Shown here: in pieces, positions 11,404-23,687 of the stretch
Layout of the letters: every line of letters begins with the position of its first letter
Position numbering within the stretch: position 1 is the first letter of the stretch
Origin: Heteronotia binoei
Lineage: Eukaryota
DNA length: 64,000 bases
NCBI RefSeq assembly: GCF_032191835.1
Contig: NC_083223.1
Location: 259,160,001-259,224,000 of the forward strand
Direction of reading: 5' to 3'
The notes under the pieces: model-generated
The model's database searches: none
What the model saw: the letters and a program-made list of their open reading frames with translations, nothing else
Told to the model about the DNA's origin: nothing
Program-made: the position numbers and the translations under genes

Positions 11404-12087
11404 CCAAAAGGTTCCCCACCCCTGGCTTAGAGAGAGTATTGTTCCTGGTCTTTTTCCAACTGGAGATGCTGGGGATTGAACCCAGGACCTCTTGCATGCA
11501 AAGCAGAGGCTTTTCCACTGAGCCACAACCCCTTCAGTATCCTCACATGAACATACATTAAGCTCCCTTAAACTGAATCAGAGCCTTGGTCTATCAAGGT
11601 CAGTATTGTCTACTCAGGCTGGCAGCAGCTCTCCAGGGTTTCAGGCTGAGATCTTTCACATCACCTACTACAAGATCCTTTAGCAGAAGATGCCAGAAAC
11701 TGAACCTGGGACCTTCTTGTATACCAACCAGATGGGCTACCACTGAGCCATGGCCCCTCTGTGGTCCACAGACTGAGTACCGCTGCACTAATGGTTAGCA
11801 CCTTCCTTGTATGTAAGGCAACTTCTGCTTGCAGGAGTCTCTTTGAGGAAAGATAAACTAGAGGAAGTTGCTACCAGTTGGTGGAAGAAATCCATAGAAC
11901 CCACCCCAGAGGATGAATGTATGAAGTTGTGTTCTGTCAGGTCAGACCATTAAACCACTAGGCCAGTTATCACCTACTCTGACTAGCCATGGTTTCCCAA
12001 GGTCTCAGGCAGAGAAACGTCTTTGATTCACAAATGGGCTTGATTCACAGAGGAGACAATCCAGATGCAGAATCAGATGATGCCAGC

Positions 12088-12497
12088 CAATGTCCCCTCT
12101 AAGCTGCAGAGTCTTGTGAGCAAAAATTCTACTTTGTGAGCTACTGGCACTAAAGCTATGAACTGCTGCGCAAATTAGTGTGCTCTGGGGTCATTCTTCC
12201 TGAGCTAAGGCAAAAATGGGGAGGGACGGTGGCTCGGTGGTAGAGCATCTGCTTGGTAAACAGGAGGTCCCAGGTTCAATCCCTGGCATCTCCAGCTAAA
12301 AAGGGTCCAGGAAAGTAGGTATGAAAAACCTCAGCTTGAGACCCTGGAGAGCTGCCGCCAGTCTGAGTAGACAATATTGACTTTGATGGACCGAGGGTGT
12401 GTTTCAGCAGAAGGCAGCTTCATATGTTCATATGTGTGAGCTGGAGGCTAAAAATCTGTGAGCTAGCTCACGCTAACTCAGCTTAGAGGGAACACTG
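12088..12497. mobile_element. hAT MITE carrying a nested Squam2-like SINE (12218-12433)
   Basis: TIRs caatgtcccctctaagctg / cagcttagagggaacactg; TSD atgccagc / gtgccagc. Confidence 0.8.
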
Positions 12498-15400
12498 GTG
12501 CCAGCATAGCACTCATGTTCTGTATGCAGTCAAAGAAATACTTTTGCTTTGAGACTTTGCAGGGGATTGTGATCTGTGGCAGAGAGTCACTCTAGCCAGC
12601 AGCAAAAGAAACAAACATCCTAAGGATACAGGTTCATTTTATCCCACATGGAGTAGCCAGAGCAACAAATGATAAAGCTGAAAATCCAGAGACTGTAGCA
12701 GGTCCCTCACCATCCAAAAAGACAGAACTCTTAATTGTCATCCTTTTTTCTGAAAAGGGGAGTTTGTAATTCTTCCTGAAATATAAGCCAGGGAGTGGGG
12801 CAGTAGAGAGGTGGCATTCTGCCTCAAACAATATTTCCATCATGAAATAAACCAGTGCAGAGTTGCATCCAATAAAATTGTACTGACATCATCAAGTTCT
12901 CAGCTGTCTACCTTCTGTGGTCTAACCCACAGGGTGGATAAAAATGAAAACAATCCAGAACAGTGAAGTGTCAAAAAAATCTGTGCAGTTAAATAATTTA
13001 AAACAGGTCTGTTGTTGAAAGCCCTTCTCCATTGTTTATTAGGAACTTTCATGGAGGGGAGGTGGTTGGTCGAGGGACATGGCCTTTGTAAAGCGGCACC
13101 TCAGTGATGGAACTTTCACAGATAGTTACCCAGAATCTCTGGCAGAGGCATTTATTCATCCACACATTTGGCTGGTTTGTCTTTGGCACTGTCAGATTGT
13201 CTTTGTCTCCCAATATCTATCTCCTTGCCTGCTCTTGTAACGATTTAGGCTACTGATTTAAAAAAAAAAAATTAAGCTTACTTATGAAGATCCTGTAGGG
13301 TTTTCAAGGCAAGGGACATTCAGAGGTGGTTTGCCGTTGTGTTCCTCTGCACAGCAATCTATGACTTCCTTGGTTGTCTTTTTCCCTAAGTACCAACCAG
13401 GACTCAACCTGCTTAGCTTCCACAATCTGACAAGATCAGCCTAGCCTGAGGTATCCAAGTCAGGACAGGCTACTGCTGCTCGACTGTTACCAAAACAATG
13501 TTTTTATTAATTCTTACGATTGCTAAAATAGCACCTTCTTTTATTGATTGCTGCTTTGACCAGCTACCGAGATAGGCTGGAATATAAATGTCCAAAAAAA
13601 GAAGTGGGATTTTATTTTTTTAAAGCTCTTTTTAAATACATTTGGCTAAACAACATGATACAGTGTTGATCCCAAAAACTGACCTACAGAAGAAAGCAGG
13701 TTTGTTATCATATGAAAGTTTGCCTCCCCAGATTCCCAAACATCCGTGTGTGTGTGTGTCGAGTGCCATAAAACTACAGCTGACTTAGGATGACCCCAGC
13801 AAGGGGCTTTCAAGGCTTGTGAGACACAGAGGTGGTTTGCCATCACCTTCCTCTCCAGAGCCTTCCTTGGTGGTCTCCCAAGTACCAGCCCTAATTAGCT
13901 TTTGAGATCTGATAAGGGCAGGCTATATTAGCTCTCAAAGGCCGCACTACCCTGTCGGCTGGCTTGGAGAAGGCATTTCTCTTCAAATCACTTCTCCGAG
14001 TCAAGCCAGCCAGCGGCTTCAAGAATGCATTTAAAGTTGCTTTCTTTCCACCTCTCCCGCCATCTATTTTCCTTCTTTCCCTCCCTCCTTCCTGTCTTGT
14101 GGCTCTCAAACATCTGACATTTATTCTATGTGGCTCTTCTGTTAAGCAAGTTTGGCCAGTCCTGGGCTATACTGTCCCTGCCCACCCATCCCCACATGAC
14201 CACAGAAAGATTCTGAGTCCTTGGGTTGGATTCCACCAAAAGTTTCTATCAGCAATGTACAAATTCTCACCTTTCCCCTCCTGGAGTTGTCCAAATTGCC
14301 CCTCTTCAAAGGGGGCCAGGACAGGGGTCAAGAAGACAGTGGTGAAGGGGGGAGATGCCATGTTTTGCTGCAAGGGTGGAAAATCCAAAAGGCTTGTGCA
14401 TCTGGTAAGAGAAGAAGCTCAGGTCTGGCTAGCTCCAAAATTGTATACATGTATTGAGAGCTTTTTGCCATCAAAAGGAATGGCTTGCTCCAATTATAAA
14501 CAGTGCAGAGAGCATTTTGCCAGCAAAATCCCAGGAGACTTTTGAATCTGGTTAGAGAAGAAGTTTAGGACTAGCTTGCTCCTATTATAAACACTTAAGT
14601 GGTGCTGAGAGGTAAATTCTTGATAACAATAAAAATTAAAAAAACATTCATTAAAAATTAAGAGTTATCCACTTCCATTCAGCTTTGTGTTGTATCTTGT
14701 TATAACTACAATGGTTTATTCCAGGATGAGAGTTTTTGAAGAAAGTAAAGATGCTGCAGAAAGCATTAACAATGAATTGTAATGAGAGGTTGATACCCCT
14801 GAAGGAAACAGGAATACTCCTGAGGAAGTCATTGATGAATGACTCTCCTTCCTTGGAGGTTTTTAAACAAAGGCTCAATAGCCATCTGACAGCAATGAAG
14901 ATCCTGTGAATTTAGCGGGAGGTGTTTGTGAGTTTCCTGCATTGTGCAGGGGGTTGGACTAGATGACCCTGGAGGTCCCTTCCAACTCTATGATTCTATA
15001 ATTTTAAATGAGCTTAGATCTGGGTGCTCACTGGATGGACCTTTCTTGTAATCAGGGGTCATTTTGTAAAAAAAACAGGTTTGTGGAGCTCATTCAGCTG
15101 CACCTACTATTCAATGGACAAGGTGGGAAGGAGGAGGTGGAACTTTCAGAAAGGTTCAGGAGCTGTGCTCCTGTGAGCTCCCGCTGAATCCGAGGCCTGC
15201 TTGTAATGTTGTAAAGTTGGACTTCTTTATAATGCATACAATAGTTTTACAGGACTCTTAAAAAGTTTTACTAAACGTTGTTAGCCTGTATATCACAGTG
15301 TTTGTTTGTTTTTGTATTGCCTATAATATGAACTGTGATCCCATTTTGTTGGTTTTTCTGCAGGGGTGAAGATGGCAAAGCTCTCTTGTTTCAGTGAATG

Positions 15401-16132
15401 GAAACTATCCACAGAATCCAACCCCTTCTTTTAAACCTCTGCTCCGCTAACAGCAGCAGTGTTTCTTCCCCGGTGTGAGGAGCTTCCCTTTCATCCAGGG
15501 AAGGCTCCCTGTGCCGGTGGAAAGTGCTCTCGACTGGGATAAAAGCAGTCTTGAAAAAGGGATCGTTAAGAACGACACACACAAAAGATGCTAACACAAA
15601 CAGACTGTATTGTAAGAGGGGGGAGAAATGGGATCAGCACCAAAACTGCAGTGAGTCTAGTGTAGGACGAAAAAAAGAGGTTACCCCAACCACTGCAGCT
15701 CCGGCTCATGGGGCAGAGGAAGGGGAAGAAGGAAGAGAAAAAACCCCGCCCCAGTTTTGCCAGAATTCTATTTAAACAATGACATCACAGATAAAACTGC
15801 AACCCTCCCCACCCCCACCCCCCAAAACCCCCCTTCAATTAAAGTGCCAGAGTTCTAAGTATACTATTGGTATTCAGGAGACGGCAAGTGGGCAGGGGGA
15901 GGCATGTGGTTCAAGCATCAGGACCCAAAGTGCCAGCAAATGACCAACCAGCCCCACGGCTAAGGAAGAAGCTAGATTTTCCGACTACACAATTTGGGGA
16001 AGGGGCTGCGGCTATAACACTCGGTGCGTCCCCTGCCTCTGAACTGGCCAACTTCCGGCATTGGTAAGGATCCCCCACCCTGCTACCCCCAGGCTTCTGG
16101 TTCCCCCTCCCGCCCAAACCCTCCCATGTTCC

Positions 16133-16301
16133 TCAGTTCTGTGGGGTGGAGTAGAGGCTGTGGTGGTGGCTGCCAGAAACGGCCGCTTGCGAGAAGAGAA
16201 GGGGGGCCGTGGGAGGGTGACCCCCAAACCAGTCCTGCTCGCCGGTGCTGCCGTGGTTGATGGAGCCGTACCAGCTTCCGCTGCTCAGCCGCCCCGTCAG
16301 G
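16133..16301 (-). CDS. GPR137: GPR137 last coding exon (LTGRLSSGSWYGSI...HHHSLYSTPQN*)
   Basis: ctcttctcccttacag acceptor; ends like the mammalian tail PLLFSQ...HHHSLYSTPQT; total CDS 1185 nt = 394 aa + stop. Confidence 0.92.
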
Positions 16302-16992
16302 CTGTAAGGGAGAAGAGCGAGAGAGAGAGAGAGTGAGAGTCATCGTATGGCCTTTGGCAGCATTCTTGGGTTGGGAATCGAGTCTACACAGAACCTCCGA
16401 GTCAGAGCCAGATGAACAATTAGGCCAAGTAGGCACTGGCCTATAAGCCCTTAGGGGCCCTGGGCCAGTTTCTGCCTCCAGTTTCCCCCCTGCTTGCAGC
16501 CCTCCCAGCCTGCACACGTAGCCAGCTACTGAGCCGCTCTTTGCCTGGCTTGCCTAGTGCGGCTGATACTGGCGTCGTCACCAAGGTTGACTCTCTCTGC
16601 TTCTCCCCTGCAGCTTTGTCAAAGGGGCTTTTGAGAAGGTACCTGCAGGCTGCAGAAGGGGCCATGGGCAGCCACTCCAACTCTGAGATAATTTGCAAGG
16701 GGGCCCCTGAGATTTTGACTGCCTAGGGGCTTCCACAGGGTTTAATCCGGCCCTGCTCCAAGTTCAGGCACAGTCTCCCTTTAAATATCTGTTGCCAGGA
16801 GCTGAACAGCAGGGGATTTGTGCTCACCGGAGGCACTGGGTAGGCCAGCTTTGGCTTTTGTCTTAGAGGAACTGGGGGAAAAGCAACTGGAGCCAGTTCT
16901 TTATATGCACACTTCAGGAGCCCTCTGTGACACAAAATCAGAGGGCTGGGATCCTTATGCATGCCTACATACCAGGGAGGACGAGCGGTTAC

Positions 16993-17087
16993 CTGTTGGT
17001 CAGTCCTTCGCTATCACGCTGTCCAGGGTGGTCAAAGAAATAGGAACGGGAGACTCCAAGCTGCCGGTTGAAGACACGGCTGGCACT
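16993..17087 (-). CDS. GPR137: GPR137 coding exon 6 (SASRVFNRQLGVSRSYFFDHPGQRDSEGLTN)
   Basis: ccctgtgtag acceptor, AG|GTAACC donor, 95 nt; SRSYFFD motif. Confidence 0.92.
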
Positions 17088-17324
17088 CTACACAGGGAGG
17101 GAAAAGCCATTAGCAGGAACCTCGCATTCCCTTTCCTCCCTCTCCTCCTGCCCAAGTCCTGGCTGCTCAGCAACTTGTACCCAACGGACTGAAACCGCCC
17201 CTCCTGTCTGCTGGAAGGACACCAGAAGAGCCCTGCTGGATCAGAGCAGTGGCCCATTGAGTCCAGCATCCTGTCTCACATAGTGGCCTCAACCAGTTCC
17301 TCTGGAGGGCCAACAACAATAAGA

Positions 17325-17592
17325 AGATGACTGCAGATTTATATCCCACCCTTCTCTCTGAATCAGAGACTCAGAGCGGCTTACAATCTCCTATATCTTC
17401 TCCCCCCACAACAGACACCCTGTCAGGTGGGTGGGGCTGAGAGAGCTCTCCCAGAAGCTACCCTTTCAAGGAAAACTCCTGCGATAGCTGTGGCTGACCC
17501 AAGGCCATTCCAGCAGGTGCAGGTGGAGGAGTGCGGAATCAATCCCGGTTCTCCCAGATAAGAATCTGCATGCTTAACCACTACAACAAACA
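17325..17592 (-). mobile_element. tRNA-derived SINE (Squam3, gecko-type long variant); copies 19693-19949 (-), 23133-23416 (+), 30677-30940 (+), 35860-36124 (-), 44443-44728 (+), 53310-53410 (+, partial), 60675-61235 (-, interrupted)
   Basis: gagagccagtttggtgtagtggttaag...gggtttgattcccc head, ctcagccccacccacctcacagggtgtctgttgtggg core, gatataaatccaatatcttc tail. Confidence 0.85.
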
Positions 17593-18354
17593 GGGCAGAG
17601 AGGCCGAGGCCTTCCCCTGATGTTGCCTCCTGGCACTGGGATTCAGAGGCTAAGTGCATCTGAATACTGACAACCAGATTTCAATCCAGCCGCACCTGAG
17701 AGACCAACAAGATTTACAGGCTATAAGCTTCTGGGAGTCTGCTCCCTTCGTCAGCTTCTCTTTGTTGAAAGCTCATATTACAAAAATCTTGTTGGTATCT
17801 AAGGTGCACGCGGACTCGAATCTTGCTGTTCTACCACAGACCAACATGGCTACTCACTGCAACTAAATATGGAGGCTCCCTTTAGTCACCGTGGCTAGCA
17901 GCCATGGATGGACCTCTCCACCATGAATCTGTCTCAATTCCCTTTTCAGGATCATGGCCATCACTGTGAGCATTGGCTGCGAATTCCATCATTTAACTAT
18001 TGTGGATTTAATGCATGCCAATTGGTGCTGATTTGGTCAGTACCACGTCTCAGCATCCACAAGAGGAGAAGATTGTGGTGTGGAGAACAGGCTAGTGCCC
18101 TCAACACTGCTAAGATCCGTCTAGCTCTTTTTACTTTCCCCCATGGCAATGAGGACTAGAAACTTGTTCTTTTAAAACAAACAAACCTGAACATACTACA
18201 TTGCATCAAATCTTCAAACATGATTCTGTTCAATATAAAATGCTTGGGGCCAATGGGAAGCCTGGAAACCCAACCCCGCCCACCCAACTTCAGGTCTTGC
18301 TTCCATCATACACTGATCTGGATTACTCCTCTCCAGCCCCACCCCCCCTCTCAC

Positions 18355-18483
18355 CATATCCTGAGCAGGCCGGTGCACCCGGAAGAATCCAACCAACAAT
18401 GCAGTGGGCAGCAGTTCCCAAACGAAGAGGATGAGGCCAAAGACGATGTATCCTTGGTCTCCTAAGTCTGTGATTAGATCTGC
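18355..18483 (-). CDS. GPR137: GPR137 coding exon 5 (ADLITDLGDQGYIVFGLILFVWELLPTALLVGFFRVHRPAQDM)
   Basis: atcacag acceptor, ATG|GTGAGA donor, 129 nt. Confidence 0.95.
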
Positions 18484-20373
18484 CTGTGATGGGAGCAGAC
18501 AGAAGACAGATCAGATCCCCGGTGGAGAGTGGACCTCTGAACCAACACTCCCCACTTTAATATCCCAGTGAGGCTAGCAGGGTAGCATCAGCGGAGCCAA
18601 CTCCACAAGATTTCAGAGACATGAGCCACATGCTATGGCAGAAGGCAAAGTAATGCCCCATGGTTGGAGGGGCAGTGGCAAAGCTAAGGCTGGCATGCAG
18701 AAGTGCCCCAGGTCCAGTCCTCTGGCAAAGGATCTCAGGTAGCTGATATTGGGGGGGGGGGGGGGAGGTACTCCTTTTTCTGACTCTGAATAACTGCTGC
18801 TGGTCAGAGTACACAACTGAGGTAAATGGTCCAAAAGTAAAATTATTTTTCAACCCCCCCCCCTCAAAAAAACATGCCCATCTCCTTCTTCTGTATTTTG
18901 GGTGGAAGCTGCGTGCATACAAAAGTTAGCCAGTCCCCCGGAAGACCAGGTCTCAAGCCATCTAGAGAGAACAGCCAAGTCCCACCCTGGCCAATGGGGC
19001 TATCCATAAATAAACAGAGCATCCTACTGTGTAATTTCTGCATTGTTTAACATATGTTAGTATATCTGCTTTGTTTCCACTTTGTTTTAGATTTTTGCTT
19101 GGGTTTAGTTTTCAGCTATCCTAATCCTACTTACACTGCTTATTGGATGTCCCATTCTATTGATTTGCCATGACTTAGAACAGGGTTTTTTTGAGCCTGT
19201 GGGCACATCTGGAGTTTTGGGAGGGGGTGGTGAGCGCCTCCCTCCAAAAATGGCTTCTGCAAGAGGCAGAAGCAAATGCCAAATGGCTTCTGCAGGAAGC
19301 AGAGCCAAATGGAATGCCTCTCTCTCCTCATGCCTCCTAAAGAAGGAAAGCCTGAAGGGGGAGTGGCCTAAGAACCATGTGGCCTAAGAAGAGCCCAGGT
19401 GCTTACAGCTTCTCCTAATCCTCCAGTGGAAATCTGAATGCAGGCAGCCAATAACAAGCCCTGCCATACGAGAGCTCCACCCACTTCCTGAAAAGCTCAG
19501 AGGACACCAAGAGAAGTCCTGGCAGATGCCACTGACTTACATGGTGCAATCCGCCATGAATCTCAGTGAGAAAGACAGATTAAGTAATGTAAATAAAATG
19601 AATTAAAAAAGAATGAGATTCAAGCATGGTTAGATGGATCATGTCACGGATGGATGCAATTCCACAGGCATTGCCAAAAGTCCCTACTTTGAAGAAGAAG
19701 ATATTGGATTTCTATCCCACCTATACTTTGAATCTCAGAGTGGTCACACTCTCCTTTACCTTCCCCCCCCACAACAGACACCCTGTGAGGTAGGTGGGGC
19801 TGAGAGAGCTCTTACAACAGCTGCCCTTTCAAGGACAACTCCTAGGACCCAAGGCCATTCCAGCAGCTGCAAGTGGAGGAGTGGGGAATCAAACCTGGTT
19901 CTCCCAGATAAGAGTCCGTGCACTTAACCACTACACCAAACTGGCTCTCAAAATAAATTAAAAAGAATGAGATTCAGGCATGGTTAGATGGATCCTGTCT
20001 GGACCAATGCAATTCCACAGGCATTGTCAAAAGTCCCTACTTTGCAAGCTCAGTCCTTCCTAATACCTCCTCTGACGAGGCTGGCTGCAGTTTATACAAC
20101 AAAGAGAAAAAGGCCTTGGAACACGTGCCTTCTCCTGAGTTAGACCCCTGGTCTTTCAACTTACTGTCTGCTCTGACTGGCAGCAGCTCTCCACAGTGTC
20201 AAGCAGAAGTCTTTCACTTCACCTATTTGATCCTCGTAGCTGGACATGCCAGGGACTGGACCTGGAACTCTACATCACCATATCAGATGAGACCTTCCAC
20301 TGGGAAAATGCGCTTCAAAGCTCCGCCCAGAGGAGCTGCAGCCCTGCCCTGCCCATGGCCCAGCTGTGCTCAC

Positions 20374-20523
20374 CTGGTCCGATACGTTGTACCAGTCATA
20401 GTCGAAAGAGTCAAGACGGGTGCGGGAGGAGAGAGCCAAGGCTGCCAGGTTGTAGCAGGCTCGACTGGCGTATAGCAAGACGATGGTGCCACCCATGGCA
20501 GCGGTTTGGCACAGGGTGGTGCC
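20374..20523 (-). CDS. GPR137: GPR137 coding exon 4 (GTTLCQTAAMGG...DYDWYNVSDQ)
   Basis: ttaacag acceptor, CAG|GTGAGC donor, 150 nt; family motifs LYASRACYN and DYDWYNVSDQ. Confidence 0.96.
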
Positions 20524-22657
20524 CTGTTAAGGGAAGAGGCAGGCAGGTAAGGAAGACTGGATGGCCAAGGGGTAGACCTCAGGGTCCACAGCAACAAAGA
20601 TCCTTGCGGCATCTAAAATGCTAGTAAGTTAATTGTGGTGGTGGCCACTTTGCCAGAAGCAAGAGATGGTCAGAAGAACCTAAGAACAGCTCTGCAGGGT
20701 CAGGCCAAAGGTCCATCTAGTCTAGTATTCTGTTTCCCAAAATGCCTTGGGGAAGCCCATCAGCGGGGCATGACAGCAGCATCCTCCTTATCCTGTTGCC
20801 CCACCCCAACGCAACTGGTATTCACAAGTGCACTGCATCTGGGCATGGAGATTCTCCACTTAGCTTCTTTTAAAGATTTTGTAACATCCAGCCTGATGAA
20901 GAGGTCTGGTGAACTTGAAAGCTTGTCCAATGTTTTGTGTCCTTTGGTTGGTCCCTTATAAATGATATTGCATAGATCTTGTTATTTGGATTTTGCATGG
21001 CTGCACATCTTTACCCATCCTCCATATGTGGCCTAGTTTGCATTAACCCACTAAAATTACAGCGACCATCCTACAAGCAAAAACTAGGCCCTCTAGTATT
21101 CCTGGATTGCCAGCATAAGGAAATCAAGTTCATGGCCTTGGGATTATACAACATGACACCAACCAAAGTCATCTCAGTTAAGTTACATGCTGAATACAGA
21201 GAAGGGGAAAACATCACAAGAAGCCAGCAAGAGGCAGAGGTCTGTCACAAGGATCCTCAAAGCACAGACAAATACCAGATCTAATTCAAATGAACATCAG
21301 ATTCGATTCAGGCAGGTGAAACCCATTCCTAGCTAGTTGCCACTGGTAATGAATAAGTGCAGCAACAGTGATAGTCTGCTTAAGGGATAGATAGCTTCTG
21401 TGGCATGATAAATTCCAGTGTGTTAGCTGTGCTAGAGCAACAGCAAAACCGGTATGTTGTGGCGGTACCTTAAAAATGCCAATAGATTTACTGCAGCAAA
21501 AGCTATGGCAGGACTAGAGCTCCTGAACGCATTTGAGGGGCTGTGGTGGTCCACAAAAATTAAATCTGCAAACTCGTTCTTCCATCAAGGGCATAAGAAC
21601 ATCAGAAGAGCCCCGCTGGATCAGACCAGTGGTCCATCTAGCCCAGCATCCTGTCTCACACAGCGGCAAACCAGTTCCTCTGGAGGAACAACAACAGGGC
21701 ACAGAGGCCAAGGCCTTCCCCTGATGTTGCCTCCTGGCCCTGGGATTCAGAGGCTGACTACTTCTGAACGCAGAGGTTCCCTTTAGTCACCATGACCTAT
21801 CCTCCAAAGTGCCATAAAAATCTCCGCTGTCTTTTCTGGAGTGTACCCCAGCCATCCCTGGGTTTTGCTGAAACCAGGTTCCCTCAGTATAAAGTTTGCT
21901 AATGAGCTCAAGATAAGAGACTGTTCAACAAAGAAAAAAGGGTTGGTTTTTATACCCTGCATTTTTTTATCTTAAGGAGATTCAAAGCAGCTCATAATGG
22001 CATTCCCTTCCTCTCCCTCCCACAGGCATTTTGTGAGGGAGGTGGGGCTGAGAGAGTTCTGAGAGAATGCTGACTGGCCCCAGGTCACCCAGCAGGCCTT
22101 ATGTGCAGGAAAGGGAAATCAAATCGAGCTCTCCAGATTAGACTCTGCCTGCTATTAACCGCCACACTGCACCAGCCCCCAGCCATCTTCATCTCCATGC
22201 CAGTCAACCAAAAGGCATTATATTGTTTTTGCCCTGCTTTTTGGCCAAACTTGGCTACCAGAGCAACTTACAGCAATTTTTTAAAAAAATTATGCAAATA
22301 CTAATTTTTTAAAAAAACAACACAATAAAGGTGTCAGGTGGAGGGAGGGACATTCTCAGCAAGTTCTATGCCCAGGCAGGACGGAAGGGATGACGCTAGA
22401 ATCCTCCCACGGCTTTGATGACAGCTGCCAAAGACACTGTATAACCTCCCTCCAGAAATGAAAGTTGGCATGCCCTCCAAGATGAGAAGACAGCCAGCTC
22501 TGGACCTGCAAGGCAGGGTTCAGGTGGTCTTGGGCGGTCTTGGGCAAAGCCTTCATTGCTCACCCCTTTTGTTACTTCAGTGGGTAAGATGGGCGTGGAA
22601 GACACGTCCAGGCCTCTTCTGCCATTCTGAGCGAGCCGTAATCTCAGCAGAACCTAC

Positions 22658-22883
22658 CTTGGCTTCCAGATAGATCCGCGTGGAAGGGGAGCCACGGGCC
22701 ACGAGGCAGAGACACAGCGCGAGAGAGACAGCCCCCAGCACAAACAGCGAGTCGTTGATGAGGACCCGTGCCAGGACCACGGCCCAGGGCTCCGCCCGGC
22801 GTGCCCGCACTAGCACGGCGCATGCCACGTTCACCACCAGGAAGAGGATGCTGGCGCCCAAGCATGCCCCCCGCACTGCCAAC
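22658..22883 (-). CDS. GPR137: GPR137 coding exon 3 (LAVRGACLGAS...IYLEAK)
   Basis: ttcccag acceptor, AAG|GTAGGT donor, 226 nt, phase consistent. Confidence 0.95.
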
Positions 22884-23637
22884 CTGGGAAGGAGAGAAAA
22901 GGATGGAGAAAGTCAGTCACGGCACAGCATGAAGAGCCCTGCTGGATCAGGGTTAAGAGGCCACCTAGTCCAGCGCCATGCCTTCAGCGGAGCCTGAGCA
23001 GATGCTTCTGAGAAGCATAATGACAATAGTCCTCCCAAGATCTGGGCGTTCAGTGGTACACTGCCTCTGAACATGGATGCTCTGTTTACAGGATAGCAGC
23101 CAACAGGCCTCTCCTTGGCCCTGAATTTGTTGAACCAGTTTGGTGTAATAGTTAAGTGCACAGACTCTTATCTGGGAGAACCAGATTTGACTCCCCACTC
23201 CTCCACTTGCAACTGCTGGAATGGCCTTGGGTCAGCCATAGCTCTCGCAGAGCTGTCCTTGAAAGGGCAGCTTCTGGGAGAGCTCTCTCAGCCCCACCCA
23301 CCTCACAGGGTGTCTGTTGTGGGGGAGGAAAATAAAGGAGATTGTGAGCCGCTCTGAGACTCTTAGATTCAGAGTATAGGGCAAGGTATAAATCCAATAT
23401 CATCATCATCTTCTTCCTTAGAAGGCTATCTAAGCTCAAGGCTTCCTAAGATCAGGGTTCCCCATGAGAAGCAAAGGTGTTTGAAGCCAAGCTCTCTCTT
23501 AACATCTTCCCCACCCTTTGCGTTTGCCCCACATTCTCCACTATCCCCCCCCCTACCCCTGCAAGAGGGAATGTGTGGGAAGGAAGGATGTGAGTGTTAT
23601 GATTTACAGACAAAACTGGTCACGCACGGATACTCAC

Positions 23638-23687
23638 AGGCCTCTGGTCAGTTCAGGGCGGTATTTTGCTTTGGCCTTGAAAACCAC
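23638..23687 (-). CDS. GPR137: GPR137 coding exon 2 (VVFKAKAKYRPELTRG)
   Basis: ttccttccag acceptor, CT|GTGAGT donor, 50 nt; matches the VVFKAK..RPE family motif. Confidence 0.93.

Noticed and set aside
11308-11526. tRNA genes
   Set aside because: The A/B-box heads run into SINE bodies and tails and occur in many diverged copies; no complete cloverleaf.
13964-14545. 193-aa ORF and similar ORFs at 3055-3381, 24251-24646 and 31588-31854
   Set aside because: They read through the same hAT MITE sequence (EKAFLSLNHFSK...AFKVAFF); no transposase motifs.
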